From the human T2T-CHM13v2.0 reference genome, Homo sapiens: a stretch of DNA of 64,000 bases. Every line of letters starts with the position of its first letter. Position 1 is the first letter of the stretch. The notes beneath the pieces are model-generated. The model had not been told where the DNA came from, searched no databases, and was given only the letters and a program-made list of their open reading frames with translations. Below, piece by piece: positions 57,651-64,000 of this stretch. The DNA lies in the NCBI RefSeq assembly GCF_009914755.1, contig NC_060928.1; one strand, written 5' to 3'. Position numbers and translations under genes: made by a program.

Positions 57651-57709
57651 CTTCCCTTGACTTTTAACCAGGCTTTTGGAGAAAGCGTGGAATAGTAAAA
57701 GGCCAAAAC

Positions 57710-58295
57710 AATAGCCTCCCTTTCCCGGGTGTGGACACCCTTCCCGGTCCTCAGGAGCCTCAGAGGATCACCCTCTCCGCCCCTTCCTCTAGGGCCTCGC
57801 TTGGGAACGCAGCGAAGGCGAGGCCCGACCCTGCCTGGGACGCCGCAGCCCTGGCCCACCAGTGCTCCCAGCCCGCCTGTTCTCAGGATTCCGTGCGTCC
57901 AGCGTCGGGCTAGTGCCTCCTCCAGGTCAGAGCGCCGTTCCCTCTAGGATGCAGGAGCAAGAGATGTGCGCGGAAAGGTCCCCAGGACGAGGACGAAGCC
58001 TCAGGCTTCTCAAAATAAATGGCGCACTTGGCCTTGGAGGGAAAGGAGGAGGCCTCCGGGAAGGTGTGGAGGAGACTGGCAGCCTTGACAGCATCGAACT
58101 GGGTTCCGCCCACCGAGATTTCTGCCTCGAGGACCTTGCGGAGCAGCCACAGGCAGCCTCATGCGGGTGCCCAGCGTGCGGGACACGAGGCTTCTGCTCT
58201 TGGCGGGGTCCAGTGAACCCCAGGAAGGGCCTGGGCTGGGTGCCTGGGGCGAGGGTTGTTCTTGGCCTGGGACTTGGTCACGTCTCCATGGAAAT
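57710..58295. promoter_or_regulatory. GC/CpG-rich intergenic element (orphan CpG-island-like promoter, enhancer or insulator candidate)
   Basis: About 35 CpGs in about 570 bp by manual count, in otherwise AT-rich DNA; GC boxes CCGCCC at 57777 and 58106; YY1-like AAATGGCG at 58017-58024; CTCF-like motif at 57911-57929 on the minus strand. Confidence 0.65.
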
Positions 58296-61200
58296 ATTGC
58301 TAATTGTTCCTTCACTTGAAAGACGAGACTGTAGACAAAATCTTTTTAAACCTTGACGGGCCTGTTACTCCCAAGAGCTTCTCTTCAAATTACTTGGAGA
58401 GAGAATGAACCATAAAATAATATTGCCTTCTTTCATATCCTTATATAATCATTTAATTTTTTAGAGCTTCTCTGCTTCTCTTACATGTGTGCTTTCAAGT
58501 AAATTAATCTAGATTATATTTTTTTATTAAAAATTCTTACCTCCTCATAGGAATGCTACATTGATGAATTAATATTTGCTAAGCACTTGGAAGGCGAAAA
58601 CTACATAAAATTTGGTGGAATTACTCTATTATTATTGATACAGGAAAACAGTAACTTGATGGGACTGGTAACCGGGCTATTATTGTAAAAATGCTTTGCC
58701 TTTTCAGACAAAGTGGTGGAGTACAGAAATAATTATCCAGGTAATTCAAATTCCCCAGAAAATGCGGTCCTACTTGGAAGGAAAAGTGAATCTCCTCACT
58801 GATTTTGTTTTGTTCTTCTTTATTATTATTGTCACATTTAAGTTAATCACTTGTATAAATGTAATCACCTGGATAACTTTTCCATTTTGATTTCTCTTTC
58901 CTGTGATTTAAAATGAAGTAAGGCCAGATCTGCATTAACAAATTGAGAATTAAATAATACTTGTCCTTTTACAGCAGCCCCACTATTTTGATTTATATTC
59001 AGGTGTTGTAACAGCAATTTAAATACAAGTCCAATAATTTCAAATATCTTACATCTGTATGATTAGTTGCACAATATTTCTGACTAGTAGAGAGGAATAA
59101 GATTGATAATGTCTAATTTTTCTTAGGTATATGGTAACCAGAGCAAAGATAGGCATTATGGCTAAAATTAGATTTCCAGTTAAACTTACTTTCCCCAGAA
59201 CACTTTTAATTATTAGGACAATTGCATTAATTCCCCTCTTTACTCTGCTAATGTCAACTTTGTCATAGGCCTCAACATCACATAGTACCAATAGTGTTTC
59301 AGAAATAATCTCAAGAGTTTTAGAAATAAATTACTTTTTCAACACAGAGTTTTTAAATGTAATGTTCTAAAATATCCAGTAAACAGCTGTAATCAACCAT
59401 TATTAACTTTCCTGTTTTCAAGCACAGAAAACATTAAAATTTAATATCACAAAAGTAGGCCAGACCACTATCATCAACATAATAGTCATCATCACTTATA
59501 ACATTTATTAAATTACTCAGTACAGGAGTGCCAGGAAATGAAATAATATTGTGACTTCACTAGAGGGAGCAATTCTTTTTAGTAAATTGTATTACTTAGT
59601 TCTATATATTTAGTCATCCTAGAGTGGATCTAGACATTTAACATAATTTGAGAATTAAAATGTGCAGAATTCATGAGAGATCTTATTGAAGATGTACTGT
59701 CATTTCAAGAGTTGTTTAGAGGTTTTCTTAAACTATCTGAGGAGAAAAACAGGGCTTGAAAACACAATATGGAATAAGTCCAAGGTAGTGATACTTTAGC
59801 TGAACATCTGTCAGCATTTCCATTTTGTTGTAATTTTCACACATTTGTACTTTTAGAGAAGAAATTACGGTCCGCTAAAATTGGTGCAGCATGTAATTCA
59901 TTAAAAGTTCAACAACAATCACAGCAATAATAGTTAGTTTCCAAGTATCTGGTCATAAATGCAAATAAACTCCAGACTCAATTGAATAAAGATACTTATT
60001 GTAGTTAACCAATTAAGTGATAGATGTTCAGGCCTAGTCACATTTCTGCTATACATTTCTATTACTAGCTATTTATGACAACCTCAACAGTTCACTTAGA
60101 TTTCCATCCTATTTGATATGTTTCATACTCTTGTTTTTGCCAGGAAAATGTTTTTAAGTAAAAATTAATATGGAATTAATACAATTAATAATATTGTTAC
60201 AAGTATGACTAATTATATTGTTTTGATTAGATGTTAAATGTTAATGTTTAATGATATAGATTTGGCCTTTGAAAATAAAGTAAAATTTGAGTTATTATCA
60301 TTGAATTAATGCCAAATCTAAAAATACAAAAGAAGCTAAATTTTCAAAAATTATGGTATTATTTTATTTTAAAAGTAATTCATTCAATACATATTTAGTG
60401 AATTTCTACCTAATGATGGATACTGTTAGGGTCTGAGGATACAAAGATAAGTAAAGATCCATCTAGGCTCACAATTTAATGATCCTTATAAAATATAATT
60501 GTTTTCTAATTAATTAATTCCATTTATGTTTTTAAAAACCTATGTTTTTAAAAGCTTCCTCAAGTCCTTTACTGAAAGGAGTAGCTTTTCTCCTTTTTTA
60601 AGGAGAAAAGGCTTAAAAGGGCTTAAAACCTCCATGACAAGGGCTCAGAGGTTAAAGAAAGTTTTAGTCTTCCAGCATATGAGACACATTCAGAATATAA
60701 ATTGTCAATTCCGTTTGTTCCAACTATTTACTACTATTCGTTTGTATGTCTATGGGTTAGATGTTCTTCAGACTGCATTTCCCAAACTTTTCCCTAAAAC
60801 CCTTCTCAAAAACAAAAAAAATGCAATCTGAATACTTGTGCTACTGTATTGATGGTTTTGATCTTGATTTTACCTAGGAAGGCAGAAAGAGAGCAGGTAA
60901 CTGATGAATCCCTGGTAATAGTGTATTCCACTTAAATCTATCTTCTTTCCTCATTATATCATCTAAAATATTTTATAGTCCCACAGTGTTATAACAGACT
61001 GAGTTAACCATAGGCTTTTGTGAAATATAATAATGTATCAAGGTTTCTGTGAAGTTATATTCCAAAATATTGAAATGCATATCGTTTGTTGCACTGATAG
61101 TGTCATTTCACATATTTTTGTACTGTGAATTAAAGTGTAAATATCAGAGCCACAAAGGGAAAACCATGACTGAAATATATTAGGGCTAAGGATTACACAG

Positions 61201-62626
61201 CAGAGATGGATTAATTTTCTTTTAAGTGAAGTACTGTGAAAACTAACTTTAAACTATGACAAAGAAAAGGAACATTGGATTTCATAAATGTTCTACATAC
61301 TTATAATAATGAGAGATTTTCATATTGGCATGTAATTTATGGAGACAGTTGAGAAAACAGAAATCCATTCATTTTATACTTTAAAATTTATCTTCTTTTA
61401 AAATTATGTGAGGTTAGTTCCCATTATAGAAAATAAGTACATATCAATAAAAATTTTACTCCATATTGAAAAACATTCTGGCAACATTTTACTTAGTTTA
61501 TGCTATAATATTCTTAAAACTAAATCTACAAACATAATGTTAAAGTGGCTTTAGAAGTTAGAAGCCCTAGCCCTTTCAAAAAAGGGAACTAAATACATTA
61601 AATTTTTTAGTATTTTAATATTTAACATTGAGTCATACATAGCCATCCAATATGAAAAGCAGGATCCTCCTATCATTATCAGAAATCTACTTTCTTATGC
61701 ATTTTAGATTCTAAACTCAGACCAATTGAGTTTTTAGAGGAACTTAATTTAATTGCAGTATATATTGAAAATGAGAGTTCTCCATTCTCCTTAATGATGA
61801 TTTGTATTACCTCATTTTACCATTGCAAGGAAAACGTATTTATACCTATTTGGAAATCCTTGGCCCTTGGCTTTTTGTGTATTTGCAGTTTATAAATGTT
61901 AATCCCAGTGGATCCCAGGGACTGGTAAAGGCTCATAGGCTAGGAAGGTACTTTATAAGAAGTGAAAAAAACAGACTTTCCCTTTCAGTTATAAAGCAAA
62001 TAATTTAAAAACTTTGAGCTAGAATCTAAACACCTTAGCATAGTAACTAAGGTTTTGAAAGGCAATTATACATAATACATGAATGTTTTTATGCATATTT
62101 TGCTTTATTTTTTTTCTACTTAATCTATATTGTTAAGATAAAACAAAAAGAAAGCTGATGGACAAATAAGGCTTAGCCTGAAGGAGCAATGATAAGAAAA
62201 AGTCCTGAACATAAGATTTTTTTCAAGACAGCAATGGAAGAATGGGCTTTTATATGGGCCAGGCTCTTGGGGGAAGAGCTCAGAACACTGGGGCTCTATA
62301 ATGTCAAAAAAAGTTTACTTCGGACTTAAAGTCAGCATTTTCATATAAGTTATTCTACTGAAAATAGGATTAATGTCTTAATTACTTTGAAAAATGAAAC
62401 TATTAACAAAATATTTTACAATTACCAGGCTCTTCATCTTCAGTGCACAATAGATAACACATAAATGTTTGTATAACGTTTATATATATTCTACATAAAT
62501 GTTAAACCCAGTTTCTATGTGGTAAAACTAAGAAGATTCTTAATTTCAAAGACAACTGGTAAAAGACTATGGCTTTATTTTCCACATTTCTATTTAAGGA
62601 AATATTATTACATTAGGCAAAATTAT

Positions 62627-63004
62627 TGATATGCTTTGGTTCTCTGTCCCCACCCAAATTTCATGTCTAATTGTAATTCCCACATGTTGAAGGAAGGGCC
62701 GGGTGGGAGGTGATAGAATCATAGGGGTGGACTTCCCCCTTGCTGTTCTTGTGATGAAGTTCTCAGGAAATCTGGTTCTTTGAAAGTGTGTAGCACCTCC
62801 CTGATCACTCTCTTCCTCCTGCTCTGCCATGGTAAGATGTGCTTGCCTCCCCTTCATTTTCTGCCATGATTGTAGGTTTCCTGAGGTCTCCTAGTCATAC
62901 TTCCTGTTAAGCCTGTAGAACTGTGAGTCAATTAAACCTCTTTTTTTCATAAATTACCCAGTCTCAGGTAGTTCTTTATAGCAGTATGAGAATGGACTAA
63001 TTCA
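62627..63004 (+). mobile_element. MSTA-like (ERVL-MaLR) solo LTR
   Basis: TG...CA ends; tgatatgctttggttctctgtccccacccaaat...gtgagtcaattaaacctc; 5-bp TSD ATTAT at 62622-62626 and 63005-63009. Confidence 0.93.
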
Positions 63005-63212
63005 ATTATCTAATAAAGAGTATTGCAGATATATTGCTGTTCTTATATTATCCCTACAATAATTTCTAAGTTGTTTTTAAGAATTAGGGCATGAACTCAT
63101 CTTCTCTCATTCTTTTTATTATTCAAGAAAAAATAAAAAACAACTATGTCTTTTAAGGGACCCAAAATTGTGAGTATTACATAGAAAATTAAGAATTTAA
63201 CATCCTGCCAGG

Positions 63213-63825
<613 letters not shown>

Positions 63826-63830
63826 ATCCT

Positions 63831-64000
63831 GTCAGGAATGGTGGTTTATGCCTGTAATCCCAACACTTTGGAAGGCCGAGGCAGGAGGATATCTTCAGCT
63901 TAGAAATTCAAGACAAGCCTGAGCAATGTAGTGACCTCATCTCTGCAAAAAATTAAAAATTAGCTGGTGTGGTGGCATGTGCTTGTAGCCCAGCCACTCA
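63831..64000 (+). mobile_element. AluJ, cut by the window edge
   Basis: gtcaggaatggtggtttatgcctgtaatcccaacactttgg...gcaggaggat. Confidence 0.88.

Overview
This is primate genomic DNA, almost certainly human 4q25. The first half holds the last ten exons of ENPEP (glutamyl aminopeptidase / aminopeptidase A, M1 family) on the + strand, exons 11-20 of the standard 20-exon model. All ten have GT-AG boundaries and splice in frame to a stop at 31614-31616, followed by a 3' UTR with several poly(A) signals. The remainder is intronic and intergenic sequence (from known gene order, heading towards PITX2) dense in transposable elements: many Alus, L1PA/L1MA/L1MB/L1MD, L2, MIR, a full-length Tigger1, MER20, MER58B, MLT/MST LTRs and an ERVL pol relic. 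There is also a GC/CpG-rich element at about 57.7-58.3 kb. I see no evidence of a new protein-coding system; the non-exonic ORFs in the track are repeat-derived or chance ORFs. The most unusual feature is a 126-bp inverted copy of the neighbouring Tigger1, 95% identical, pasted inside an Alu, which looks like a templated DNA-repair insertion. Others are a TSD-flanked L1MA with ORF1 fused to the end of ORF2, an ERVL reverse-transcriptase relic split by an Alu monomer, TE-derived distal poly(A) signals, and an orphan CpG-rich element with CTCF-like motifs. Repeat subfamily names come from my recall of consensus sequences, not from a search.
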